From an uncultured Chlamydiae bacterium (GTDB lineage: Bacteria; Chlamydiota; Chlamydiia; Chlamydiales; Parachlamydiaceae), in assembly GCA_963830365.1 (NCBI GenBank), contig CAWHMU010000040.1:34154-98153 (forward strand): 64,000 nucleotides of DNA. The letters are read 5' to 3'. How positions within the stretch are numbered: the stretch's first letter is position 1; every line of letters begins with the position of its first letter. The notes beneath the pieces are model-generated. The model ran no database searches, was not told the DNA's origin, and worked only from the letters and a program-made list of their open reading frames with translations. Both the position numbers and the translations under genes were made by a program. Below are positions 41,417 to 51,501 of the stretch, in pieces.

Positions 41417-42970
41417 ATGGCATATGATATATTTATGAAAAAAGCACCCCTCAAAGGATTTACGTTCTACCTTTTGCTGTTTGCCTTGGGTTTGGCTGTT
41501 TTTATCTCTGAATTGGATTTCTCAATTGCCAACGTGGCCATTCCATCCATTGCCGCAGGTTTTGGGGTTTCTCCCCAGCAAGGCACATGGGTGATCACGT
41601 TATTTGCCGTCAGCAATATTATCGGCCTGGCCCTGACCAGCCGCATGGCAACGCGTTTTGGCAATGTCAAAGTTTGCGTTTGGTCGATAGCTCTCTTCAC
41701 GTTCTCATCCTTTCTGTGCGGAATATCGTGGGATCTATATTCATTACTTTTCTTCAGAATGATCCAAGGAGCCGTCACAGGCCCGCTTATGGTGCTTCCG
41801 CAAACACTGCTGTTGGAAAACTGTGCCGAAGAAAAAAAAGACATGGGCTTATCCATTTTACTTTTGCTTTTGGTGTTAGGACCCGTACTAGGACCTTGGG
41901 TTGGCGGGTGGATTGTAGAACATTACCCATGGCCATGGATTTTTTACATCAATGTGCCTTTTGGGATATTATCGGCAATGATCACCCTGGGTATTTTGTA
42001 TAACCGGGAATCAATAAAGTCAAAAATACCCGTTGACATGATGGGTTTTATCTTTTTGGCTGTCGGACTTACCGCCCTGCAGATATTTTTGGATAGAGGC
42101 TATGATGAGGACTGGTTTAGCTCAAATGAAATAACTACCTTGGCAGTTATAGCAGGGGTCAGTTTGTTTCTATGTGTGATATGGAATATGTATGCTGACA
42201 TTCCGATCATCGATTTATCCTTTTTTAAAGACCGGAATTTCACTTTAGGCACCATCTTAATATCAGTACCTTATTTAGTGATTTCTGGAACGACCATCCT
42301 CATTCCACTATGGTTGCAAACCCAAAAAGGATATACCCCCTATTGGGCCGGAATTGCTGTGATGCCCTTGGGGATTTTGCCGATCGTGATTGCCCCGTTA
42401 TTGGGCTTGGTCATGGGTTTTGTCAGTTTGCGCTTCCTAACAGCGATAGGATTTTTCATATTTGGCACCACCTGTTTGTGGTTTAGCAATGCTACTTCTG
42501 AAATTTCTCTTTGGCAGTTGTTCATACCACGCTTAATACAAGGCGCAGGTGTCGCCTTTTGCTTCTTACCACTCTTTCAGTTAACCATTGCATACATTAA
42601 AGAGGATGATCTGACTAAAGCCACCGGCGTGTTTTTGGTCATGCGTTCTATCGTTGCAGGAGCTGGCATCGCCACAGCCCTATATGTCACCGTATGGCAA
42701 CAAAGGGAAGCTGTGCATCATAGCAATCTAACTGAAGTGCTCTATCCCTTGCGCCAGCCGACGATTGAAGCGTATGAAGCCTTGACCACTGCCGGTGTCG
42801 ATGACCAGATGGCGGCCCAGTTTTTTGATATCATCGTTACCAACCAGGCCTATGTGATCGCTTTTAATGATCTGCTTTGGCTGTCAGGTTGGGTTTTGCT
42901 GTTAACCATTCCGTTTTTATGGCTCTGCAAGGAACGCCCCCCTGGCAAAAAACTTGTGCGGGCCGAATAA
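41417..42970 (+). CDS. emrB: DHA2-family MFS efflux permease (EmrB-like)
   Basis: LDFSIANVAIP, WVIT.F, R.IQG, GP.LGP..GGW, WIFYINVP.G, LDRG...DWF.S. Confidence 0.93.
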   Translation: MAYDIFMKKAPLKGFTFYLLLFALGLAVFISELDFSIANVAIPSIAAGFGVSPQQGTWVITLFAVSNIIGLALTSRMATRFGNVKVCVWSIALFTFSSFLCGISWDLYSLLFFRMIQGAVTGPLMVLPQTLLLENCAEEKKDMGLSILLLLLVLGPVLGPWVGGWIVEHYPWPWIFYINVPFGILSAMITLGILYNRESIKSKIPVDMMGFIFLAVGLTALQIFLDRGYDEDWFSSNEITTLAVIAGVSLFLCVIWNMYADIPIIDLSFFKDRNFTLGTILISVPYLVISGTTILIPLWLQTQKGYTPYWAGIAVMPLGILPIVIAPLLGLVMGFVSLRFLTAIGFFIFGTTCLWFSNATSEISLWQLFIPRLIQGAGVAFCFLPLFQLTIAYIKEDDLTKATGVFLVMRSIVAGAGIATALYVTVWQQREAVHHSNLTEVLYPLRQPTIEAYEALTTAGVDDQMAAQFFDIIVTNQAYVIAFNDLLWLSGWVLLLTIPFLWLCKERPPGKKLVRAE

Positions 42971-43047
42971 TCCTATACCACGCGTGGTATAGCATAATCG
43001 AGGTCCGGTAGCTGTCCCCGCCAATCGATTCCCCTGTTTTACAGGCA

Positions 43048-43246
43048 GGCTATTCCACATATAAATGCATACCCATGCGGTTTTGCCGACCTTCTCTACT
43101 CTGTGGCGAAATCCACTTATTGTTGGTATGGCATGATTAATCAACGTGTTATGAACAACATCACCACCGAGACACAGCGGCACAGAGAAGGAAAATGAAG
43201 TTTGCTATTAGTTTTTTTAATTAAGTTCTTGTTTGCATGATGAACC
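43048..43246. repeat. Degenerate family C MITE
   Basis: CCGACCTTCTCT...CACCACCGAGACACAG.GGCACAGAGAAG...GATGAACC align with 33851-34059. Confidence 0.7.
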
Positions 43247-43376
43247 CATTCTAGCATAAAATGTCTAGCTAGCCCCTAAATTTTTAAGTTTTATTATATA
43301 CTTGCAATGATATAATAGGTTTTGTGACACACTTATTTATCGTATTGTTAATCTTGTTGTTATATGAGGTGACACT

Positions 43377-44306
43377 ATGCTTAGCTTGCTAATTATATTC
43401 GCAATTGCGATCAGTTTATTTATCGCTCTACGCCTCTACTTTTACATGCAACGAAAAAAAACAGATAAATATCTAAACAAATTCGCATTTGACACACGAC
43501 TTAATCTCTATCCTGTAGCCCGACAAAGACTTTGTCTTTTTTCAAAAGGCGTCCATAAAAAAATCCCCCAAGCTGTTTTGTTGTTACACGGGTTTACTGC
43601 CTCGCCCGCAGAGTTCAACGTCCTTTACCCCTACCTGGAAGCCGCCGGAATCCCATATTATGCCCCCCTCCGGGTGGGTCATGGCCTGGGCGATCTGGAA
43701 ATATTAACAGATCTTAAGCCATCAGATTGGCTAAGGGATGCCGCCTTTGCTTTTGATTTGTTGGCAGAGATTGCAGAGGACATTAGTGTTATCGGTCACT
43801 CTACAGGGGGCACGGTGGCTTTGCAGCTGGCCCAAATACGGGATATTAATCATTTGATTCTGGTGGGACCAAATCTGGTGACGGGCGCTAATAGCCGCTC
43901 ATTTCACGACATGATGCAGTATCGACTGATGGATTGGATGCTTACGAAATTAGTGCCTGTGTACCCATTTCAACCAGAACAAGGGAAACAAACGATAAGG
44001 AATACCTCTTCAGTAGAAAGCGCATTGAATGCCTTTCAATATCAATCGTTACCAACACATTCAATGAAAGTGATGTTCGATTTGTGTGATGCTACGGATT
44101 TATCGAAAAAGATCCGTAGCAAAGATCTTACCATACTCTATGGCGAGCTCGATAAAACAGTGGATGACGTCGCTGGTCTGGAAAAGTTAGATCGTCATGG
44201 TATTACCTACGAGGTATTCTCCTATCCGCGATCGGCGCATAATCTGCTGGAAGACTACGATTGCAATGAGGCCATCAAGCAGATCATGCACGTTCTGGCC
44301 GCTTAG
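43377..44306 (+). CDS. Membrane-anchored alpha/beta-hydrolase (carboxylesterase/lipase-like)
   Basis: N-terminal TM, LLHGFT, GHG, GHSTGG, D.TV, SAH. Confidence 0.9.
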   Translation: MLSLLIIFAIAISLFIALRLYFYMQRKKTDKYLNKFAFDTRLNLYPVARQRLCLFSKGVHKKIPQAVLLLHGFTASPAEFNVLYPYLEAAGIPYYAPLRVGHGLGDLEILTDLKPSDWLRDAAFAFDLLAEIAEDISVIGHSTGGTVALQLAQIRDINHLILVGPNLVTGANSRSFHDMMQYRLMDWMLTKLVPVYPFQPEQGKQTIRNTSSVESALNAFQYQSLPTHSMKVMFDLCDATDLSKKIRSKDLTILYGELDKTVDDVAGLEKLDRHGITYEVFSYPRSAHNLLEDYDCNEAIKQIMHVLAA

Positions 44307-44639
44307 AGAACATACGTTAAAAGCTTTTTGGCAGGCGCAGCCAATCACTTTGTAGCCCGGCAGCTAAAGTTGGCGAGCGCAAGCACAGACAGCCGCAGGA
44401 GCGGTAATTGGTGCAGCCCACTGCGTAGTCCTGGAAGTGCTTATAAGCTGTCAAAAACTCAGCGAGGGCTGGGACTTAGGGATTAGGGTCTGGCTTGTGA
44501 TTTGTGATTTGAAAGCCCTACAGGGCATTAGGAAGACGCACTCCTTTCAAATCGCAAATCGCAAGCCAGACCCTAGTCCTTTCGGCCGAAACTTGTGTCA
44601 TCATCCACACACCCTTCAAGACCTTACAGGAGCTATTCT

Positions 44640-44978
44640 TCACCCCTTGACGCACTCATACATGATGACGGCGGCGCCATCGCCGGGTGCGATTCTGGCA
44701 TACGGCTCCGCCTGCCATTTGCCGACGACCTTTAGGCCGTGCTGCTTAAGCAACAGCTCAATCTCCGCCGCTGCGTAGTGGCGCACCTGAAACTCTTCCA
44801 CCTCGGTGCGTGAGATCGCATTCTTTTCCCATAATTCATAGCGAAAGAGGCCGGTTTCGATTTTCGATGCCGCATCGTAGCGCGAGAGGACGTTCATGAC
44901 AATTTTGGCACCGTCGGGCTTATCGACCCATCTCCCCCGCCACACCCCCTGGGGTTCACGAATCGAGGGGGCTGACAT
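44640..44978 (-). pseudogene. Duplicated C-terminal fragment of methyltransferase (112-aa ORF, copy 1)
   Basis: MSAPS plus IREPQG...ECVKG, near-identical to 47872-48197; no SAM motif. Confidence 0.8.
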
Positions 44979-45394
44979 GCAATCAACAGGACGCAAACCA
45001 TGAGAATATTTTAAAGCCTCGCTAGAGGCGGCAGCATGTAGCCACATGCTTCAGCGTGTGGTAATCACATGTTTAGAAACAAAGCCGTGCATACGGCGAC
45101 AGCAATGACTAAAGGATATTATTGTATCTAATTCAGCTTCCCTCGAAGTTGCTGTCGCCATATTCTGGTTCATCACACAAACGAGTGGTTGACAGAGATG
45201 ACTGCTCAAGAACTCATGACGTGAAAGGACTTTGAGGATTAGGGTCTGGCTTGTGATTTGTGATTTGAAAGCCCTACAGGGTATTAGGAAGACGAGTTCC
45301 TTTCAAATCGCAAATCGCAAGCCAGACCCTAGTCCTTTCGGCCGAAACTTGTGTCATCATCCACACATCATTCGAGACCTTCAAATGCTATTCA

Positions 45395-45733
45395 TCACCC
45401 CTTGACGCACTCATACATGATGACGGCGGCGCCATCGCCGGGTGCGATTCTGGCATACGGCTCCGCCTGCCATTTGCCGACGACCTTTAGGCCATGCTGC
45501 CTAAGCAACAGCTCAATCTCCGCCGCTGCGTAGTGGCGCACCTGAAACTCTTCCACCTCGGTGCGTGAGATCGCATTCTTTTCCCATAATTCATAGCGAA
45601 AGAGGCCGGTTTCGATTTTCGATGCCGCATCGTAGCGCGAGAGGACGTTCATGACGATTTTGGCACCGTCGGGCTTATCGACCCATCTCCCCCGCCACAC
45701 CCCTTGGGGTTCACGAATCGAGGGGGCTGACAT
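45395..45733 (-). pseudogene. Duplicated C-terminal fragment of methyltransferase (112-aa ORF, copy 2)
   Basis: As copy 1; IS1634 inserted 4 bp upstream of its ATG. Confidence 0.8.
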
Positions 45734-45737
45734 GCAA

Positions 45738-47453
45738 CCTCATTTCCCGTAAGAATTATAACTAGGTACAATACAAGTCATTAAACAACAATGCTTTGAC
45801 ACTTAACTTTAAAACTTCTTTCCTTTTTTCATGGTTATAATTATAACCATGAAAAAAGGAAATCATATGACCTATCGAGTACATCAGATAAACAAGAAAA
45901 CTGGCATTACATATGTTTATGAGGCTGTTTCATGCTGGGATAAGAAAAAAAAACAAGCGCGCAATAAACAGGTGTGCATTGGCAAACTTGATCCTGCCAA
46001 CGGAGAATTCGTTCCGGCTAAGCGTCTTGCGCCTGAACAAGCTGCTGTTAGAGATCCGATTGTCACAGCATCTGCCGAGATAGTAGGATCTTCGATTATT
46101 CTCGACACCATCACCGACCAGTTAGGTCTGGAAGGGCTGCTAAAATCCAGCTTTCCTAAGGAGTACCGACAGATTCTAACAATGGCTTACTATCTCGTTT
46201 CCCAAGGTGGTCCTTTGAGCCATTGTGGGGCGTGGTGCAAAAGTCATGCACATCCTTTTGGAACACCATTAACGAGCCAGTGCATCACTGAGATCCTTCG
46301 TGCAATTAGCATCGACAAGAAACAAACTTTTTTCACGAAATGGATGAATAAGGTTTTGGAGGATGATTACCTTTGTTACGATATCACTTCCATCTCATCA
46401 TACTCAGAACTCAATGAATACATCAAATACGGCCACAACCGTGACTTAGACAAGTTACCGCAGCTGAATCTTGCCATACTCTTCGGCCAAAAGGGACGCT
46501 TGCCCGTGTATTTCGAACGGATTCCAGGAAACATCACCGATGTCACTACATTACACAACCTTCTAAAGACCTTCAAAGCTTTGGAGACAAAGACCCTTCA
46601 CTATGTGATGGACAAGGGGTTCTACAGCAAGAAAAACGTTGATGAACTGCTTGCTTCTAGAGACAAGTTCATGCTATCGGTTCCTCTGAACAATAAATGG
46701 GTACAGCACGCTATTGATGATATCTATGAGGTCATTCACGGGCCTGAGGGATACCAAAAGCTTGATGATGAAATCCTTTATGTCCACTCTCGCCTCTACC
46801 CATGGGGAAAGGACAACCGTCGCTGCTACCTACATCTTTACTACAATGCACATGCACGGGCTAATGCAGTCGATCGGTTTAGCGAGGAACTGGTTGGATA
46901 CAAGAAGGAACTGGAATCAGGAAAAGCCATAAATGAGCACCAAGAAGCATATGATACATTTTTTGTGGTGAAGACAACCCCTAAACGGGGAATTCAAGTT
47001 TCGTACAACACCCAGGCTGTAAACCAGTACATTAATCGCTATGCTGGATTCCAAGCATTGCTGACCAATAGCATCAAAAGCCCAACGGAATCTCTACAGA
47101 TCTATCGAGACAAAGACATCGTGGAAAAGTGCTTCGATGATCTTAAAAATCAGTTAGACATGAAGCGTCTGCGTATGCACAGCTCTGCAACTGTTGATGG
47201 CAGGCTCTTCGTTCAGTTCATTGCTCTTATCTATGTAAGCGCTTTACGTAGAGAGATGAGAAAGTCTACGCTTATTGAGCGCTACACAGTTCGCGAGCTT
47301 CTGCAAGAAATGGACACGCTAACCAAAGTGAAGTATTCCGGCAAGTACGGGCACATTCTCACAGAGATGACGAAACCACAGCGAGATATTTTGAAAGACC
47401 TGAACATTACCCTGCCTAGCAAGACCTAGTTATAATTTTTACGGGAAATGAGG
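45738..47453 (+). mobile_element. IS1634-family insertion sequence, copy 2 (1716 bp)
   Basis: Same TIRs and transposase as copy 1; 6-bp TSD ATGCAA (45732-45737, 47454-47459). Confidence 0.93.
45867..47429 (+). CDS. IS1634-family DDE transposase
   Basis: Translation identical to 11346-12908. Confidence 0.92.
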   Translation: MTYRVHQINKKTGITYVYEAVSCWDKKKKQARNKQVCIGKLDPANGEFVPAKRLAPEQAAVRDPIVTASAEIVGSSIILDTITDQLGLEGLLKSSFPKEYRQILTMAYYLVSQGGPLSHCGAWCKSHAHPFGTPLTSQCITEILRAISIDKKQTFFTKWMNKVLEDDYLCYDITSISSYSELNEYIKYGHNRDLDKLPQLNLAILFGQKGRLPVYFERIPGNITDVTTLHNLLKTFKALETKTLHYVMDKGFYSKKNVDELLASRDKFMLSVPLNNKWVQHAIDDIYEVIHGPEGYQKLDDEILYVHSRLYPWGKDNRRCYLHLYYNAHARANAVDRFSEELVGYKKELESGKAINEHQEAYDTFFVVKTTPKRGIQVSYNTQAVNQYINRYAGFQALLTNSIKSPTESLQIYRDKDIVEKCFDDLKNQLDMKRLRMHSSATVDGRLFVQFIALIYVSALRREMRKSTLIERYTVRELLQEMDTLTKVKYSGKYGHILTEMTKPQRDILKDLNITLPSKT

Positions 47454-47871
47454 ATGCAATCAACAGGACGCAAACCATGAGAATATTTTAAAGCCTCGCT
47501 AGAGGCGGCAGCATGTAGCCACATGCTTCAGCGTGTGGTAATCACATGTTTAGAAACAAAGCCGTGCATACGGCGACAGCAATGACTAAAGGATATTATT
47601 GTATCTAATTCAGCTTCCCTCGAAGTTGCTGTCGCCATATTCTGGTTCATCACACAAACGAGTGGTTGACAGAGATGACTGCTCAAGAACTCATGACGTG
47701 AAAGGACTTTGAGGATTAGGGTCTGGCTTGTGATTTGTGATTTGAAAGCCCTACAGGGTATTAGGAAGACGAGCTCCTTTCAAATCGCACATTGCAAGCC
47801 AGACCATAGTCCTTTCGGCCGAAACTTGTGTCATCATCCACACATCATTCGAGACCTTAAAATGCTATTCA

Positions 47872-48639
47872 TCACCCCTTGACGCACTCATACATGATGA
47901 CGGCGGCGCCATCGCCGGGTGCGATTCTGGCATACGGCTCCACCTGCCATTTGCCGACGACCTTTAGGCCATGCTGCCTAAGCAACAGCTCGATCTCCGC
48001 CGCTGCGTAGTGGCGCACCTGAAACTCTTCCACCTCGGTGCGTGAGATGGCATTCTTTTCCCATAATTCATAGCGAAAGAGGCCGGTTTCGATTTTCGAT
48101 GCCGCATCGTAGCGCGAGAGGACGTTCATGACGATTTTGGCACCGTCGGGCTTATCGACCCATCTCCCCCGCCACACCCCTTGGGGTTCACGAATCGCCG
48201 CCAGCGTTTCGATCTCGACTACGAATTTTCCGCCTGCTTTCAACCGCTCGGCGACAAATGTCAGGGCATGACTGACCTGCTCTGATGCCGTCAGCAGACC
48301 AAACGAGCCGCTGGGAATAAGGATCAGACCGTAAGTATCGCCCAGCGGAAACGTTTCAAAAGTGGCCTCAAGTAAAGTGGCCGATAGGCCCAGCGCCTGG
48401 CATTTCGTGCGGCACACCTCAAGCATATGCGGTGAGGAGTCGAAACCCGTGACGGCAAAGCCGTGTGCCAGCAGCGGGATGAGGAAGCGCCCGCTGCCGC
48501 ACATCGGCTCAAGGATAGTGCCGCGGGCCTCCTCGGCAAAGCGCAAATAGCATTCAAGCGCATCAGGCGCGGCCGTAGGCTTATCCAGTACATAAAATTC
48601 TGTGCAAAGGGACCGATAGGGCAGCGATGCTTTATCCAT
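47872..48639 (-). CDS. Class I SAM-dependent methyltransferase
   Basis: ILEPMCGSGR, GFDSSPHML, L..GG.F; start ATG 48639. Confidence 0.9.
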   Translation of the reverse strand: MDKASLPYRSLCTEFYVLDKPTAAPDALECYLRFAEEARGTILEPMCGSGRFLIPLLAHGFAVTGFDSSPHMLEVCRTKCQALGLSATLLEATFETFPLGDTYGLILIPSGSFGLLTASEQVSHALTFVAERLKAGGKFVVEIETLAAIREPQGVWRGRWVDKPDGAKIVMNVLSRYDAASKIETGLFRYELWEKNAISRTEVEEFQVRHYAAAEIELLLRQHGLKVVGKWQVEPYARIAPGDGAAVIMYECVKG

Positions 48640-48730
48640 AATGACAACCGTATTGAACCTAGGTAAGCGCACTTATACCCCAATGCCCGCTCAAGATCAA
48701 CATTGGAGTCAGGCTGACGCCAATCAAAAC

Positions 48731-49105
48731 TCAAGACTGCGTAAATATTTCGTCCTTCTTCTTCTCAAAAGGTCTGGCGTCATAAAATAATTCGTAACGA
48801 ATGATTAAGCCCTCTTGAAAAGTTAATAGCACGGCCCCTCGGACAAGCCCAAACGGAGGCGGGCAATCTAGATCATAGGCTAGCATAACCTGATCCCCGG
48901 CGCCGCACTGAGCACGAATGGTGAGATTTTTGAAGATAGCCGCAAAGTGCTTCACCGCATTGAGCACGATATCCTTTCCAGATATATCTGCCATTGGTCC
49001 TATAAGCCGAACTTCCGGGTGAAGATATTTCTCCATGGCAGAAAGATCTTTGATATTCATCGCCTGATAATAGGCGACGGCAGAAGCTATATTTTTCGCT
49101 GACAT
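48731..49105 (-). CDS. SnoaL/NTF2-like protein
   Basis: YY.AM..KD......LHP.V, G.I...ELFYD pattern; 124 aa. Confidence 0.85.
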   Translation of the reverse strand: MSAKNIASAVAYYQAMNIKDLSAMEKYLHPEVRLIGPMADISGKDIVLNAVKHFAAIFKNLTIRAQCGAGDQVMLAYDLDCPPPFGLVRGAVLLTFQEGLIIRYELFYDARPFEKKKDEIFTQS

Positions 49106-49129
49106 ATGAATCCTTTCTTTGATAAGTGT

Positions 49130-49164
49130 TTGACTTTTTTAATTGAGTATAGTAAACTATATTC
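49130..49164 (+). promoter_or_regulatory. tetR promoter with overlapping palindromic operator
   Basis: TTGACT (49130)-N17-TAAACT (49153); IR GAGTATAGT-AA-ACTATATTC at 49145-49164; ATG 9 bp after the -10 box, so probably leaderless. Confidence 0.65.
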
Positions 49165-49167
49165 GAT

Positions 49168-49845
49168 ATGTCAACACCAAAGAAACGTTCCTACAATTCC
49201 GAGTCAAGGCAAGCGCAGTCACAAAAGACTAAAAATCGTATTTTGGCTGCTGCTAAAATGCTGTTTGAGTCCAAAGGATTCGAACAGGCAACGATAGAAG
49301 AGATAGCTAGGGAGGCACAAGTCTCCATTCCTTCCATCTATTCCATTTTTCAATCGAAGCGTGGGGTTTTGCTCGGTTTGATGGATGAAGCTCTTTCACC
49401 CGAGCAGTTTGAAGTTCTGGTTGAACAAGTAAAGAAAGAAAAATGTCCTCGTAAACGTCTTGTAATTACGGCGGCCATTTCACGACAGCTTTATGACGCT
49501 GAGAAAGCCCAATTAAGTTTTTTGCGAGGAGCATCGATTTTAGATCCAGTGTTTAAAGGGTTAGAGATTGAAAGGGAGAGGCGACGATATCAGCGGCAAA
49601 AAGAAACCGTCGAAGTCATGGCTAATGAACGGGCTTTTACGGACAACCTGAGTTTTTCTAAGATTAGAGATCTTCTTTGGGCGTTCACGGGAAGAGATTT
49701 CTATCGCATGCTGGTGGTTGAGCGCAGCTGGTCATCAGATGAATATGAAAAGTGGTTGGCCGAGTTGCTAATTCAAGTCCTCTTAGTTAAGCCACAGCCT
49801 TCGCTTGAGAATTTAAAAAATAACGAGAATCATGGATTGTTTTAA
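49168..49845 (+). CDS. TetR-family transcriptional regulator
   Basis: IL.AA..LF..KGF...TIEEIA.EA.VS..SIY..F.SK HTH. Confidence 0.94.
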   Translation: MSTPKKRSYNSESRQAQSQKTKNRILAAAKMLFESKGFEQATIEEIAREAQVSIPSIYSIFQSKRGVLLGLMDEALSPEQFEVLVEQVKKEKCPRKRLVITAAISRQLYDAEKAQLSFLRGASILDPVFKGLEIERERRRYQRQKETVEVMANERAFTDNLSFSKIRDLLWAFTGRDFYRMLVVERSWSSDEYEKWLAELLIQVLLVKPQPSLENLKNNENHGLF

Positions 49846-49899
49846 CCTAGAAACGGCAGTTGAGCATGTGAAATGGTGCTCAACTGCCGTTTCTAGGTT
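49844..49899. repeat. Perfect 23-bp inverted repeat (REP-like, possible terminator)
   Basis: AACCTAGAAACGGCAGTTGAGCA-N10-TGCTCAACTGCCGTTTCTAGGTT at the tetR stop. Confidence 0.8.
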
Positions 49900-49941
49900 T
49901 AAAGACAATGCACGGGGTCAGGCGTAAGTTTTTAAAAATTC

Positions 49942-50103
49942 ATGACGCTGATAGGCGGCGGAGCCTATCTCTTTGTAGCGCCCAAGCGGTTTACCGCTGA
50001 TATCTGAAAAGTAACGGTGTCATTAGATGCCATCTTCAGAAAAAAGAACGATCTCTTATAAGCTTTCTTTTTACCAAAACAAAAGCTAATAAGGAGATCG
50101 TTC
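49942..50103 (+). ncRNA. Candidate IS110 bridge/seek RNA region
   Basis: About 160-nt non-coding left end with hairpins GATAGGC/GCCTATC, AGCGG/CCGCT, CTGAA/TTCAG with internal loop, GAACGATCTC/GAGATCGTTC. Confidence 0.5.
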
Positions 50104-51501
50104 ATGTCTAATAGTAGCAATTCCAATCATTTCAAAAAACAACAACATAAAAACAAACTTGGATACATCGATCCTACTGTTGCTGGCATCGATATAGGAG
50201 ATAAGGGAATCCATATAGCTATTCCCGATGGTAAAGGTGGTTCTTACGTGAGGGAATTTGGTACAACGACACCTGAACTCCGTGAAATAGTCAAAGTTCT
50301 TAAAGAGGCTAATGTGGAAATTGGTGTTATGGAAGCTACGGGTGTTTATTGGATTCCCCTGTATGAAATTATGGAAGAATCAGGCTTAAAACCAGTCTTG
50401 GTCGATGCTAAAAATGTCAAAAATCCACCTGGCAGAAAAACTGATGTGGTGGATGCTCAGTGGATTCAAACATTATATTCTAGTGGTCTATTAAGAGCTG
50501 CTTATCGCCCACCACGCGATCGCTTAAAATTGCGGGCATATGTAAGGCAGCGCATGAATGTCATCAAAACAAAGCAATATGCACTTCTGCATATGGAAAA
50601 AGCCTTGCAGTTAATGAATATCAAGCTGAGCACCGCTGTAAGCGATATAGCGGGAGTCTCCGGATTAAATATAACACGAGCAATAGCAGCCGGTGAAAGA
50701 GATCCATATAAGTTAGCTGCAATGAGGAATAAGCTTTGCAAAAAGGAAGAGAGCCTATTTGTAGCAGCCCTGACAGGGAATTATCAAGAAGAACATATTT
50801 TTTCGCTAAAGCAAGCCCTAGATCAATACGATTTTGCACATAAACAGCTGGACGAGTGTGACGAGTGCATTCAGAAGGAGCTTGAGCGATTTCCAGATGT
50901 AGTCAATACGCCTCCACCAAAGAACCATAAAGATATAAAAAAGCGTCCTCAGTTTTCTAAATTCAAAAAACCTAAGAAAAATGATCTTTGTTTTGATGTC
51001 AGAGCCATTCTCTGGAGAAAAACAGGAATAGACCTGACAGCGCTGCCAGGCATAGCAGATAGTACTGCACTACTCATTTATTCAGAACTTGGAGGGACTG
51101 ACGTAAGCGCCTGGAATAGCGAAAAAGCATTTTCGTCCTGGCTAAAACTGTCCCCCGGCAATAATGTTTCAGGAGGTAAACGACGTAAAAGCAAAAGGCA
51201 AAAACCAAGTGCCAATTATATTTCACAGGCTTTAAGAATGTCTGCAGTGGCAGCTAAAAAATCAGATGCTGCATTAGGAGCACATATCAGGCGCATATGC
51301 GGCCGAACGGACAACTCTAAAGGGATTAAGGCCGGCGCGCATAAGCTAGCGACTATGGTATATCACATGTGTAAGGAAGGCTGGCAATATTATGAAAAAG
51401 GAGCAGAATATAATGAAAAAATGCATGCAATGAAAAGCCTGATCGGATTGCACAAAAAAGCTGAAAAATTAGGTTATAAACTAGTTGCCGTAACAGCGTA
51501 A
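50104..51501 (+). CDS. IS110-family DEDD recombinase/transposase
   Basis: GIDIG, MEATGVYW, GRKTDVVDA, LPGI, SGGK catalytic Ser. Confidence 0.95.
   Translation: MSNSSNSNHFKKQQHKNKLGYIDPTVAGIDIGDKGIHIAIPDGKGGSYVREFGTTTPELREIVKVLKEANVEIGVMEATGVYWIPLYEIMEESGLKPVLVDAKNVKNPPGRKTDVVDAQWIQTLYSSGLLRAAYRPPRDRLKLRAYVRQRMNVIKTKQYALLHMEKALQLMNIKLSTAVSDIAGVSGLNITRAIAAGERDPYKLAAMRNKLCKKEESLFVAALTGNYQEEHIFSLKQALDQYDFAHKQLDECDECIQKELERFPDVVNTPPPKNHKDIKKRPQFSKFKKPKKNDLCFDVRAILWRKTGIDLTALPGIADSTALLIYSELGGTDVSAWNSEKAFSSWLKLSPGNNVSGGKRRKSKRQKPSANYISQALRMSAVAAKKSDAALGAHIRRICGRTDNSKGIKAGAHKLATMVYHMCKEGWQYYEKGAEYNEKMHAMKSLIGLHKKAEKLGYKLVAVTA

Larger units (their letters stand above)
44480..48197. repeat. Triple tandem duplication, 755-bp period, containing the methyltransferase 3' end and REPIN fragments
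   Basis: Gene-fragment boundary GAATCG ends at 44965, 45720 and 48197 (last gap = 755 + 1716 IS + 6 TSD). Confidence 0.92.

Noticed and set aside
44640..48197. Diversity-generating retroelement (repeated gene 3' end resembling TR/VR)
   Set aside because: Differences are few, mostly synonymous and not adenine-specific; no reverse transcriptase in the window.
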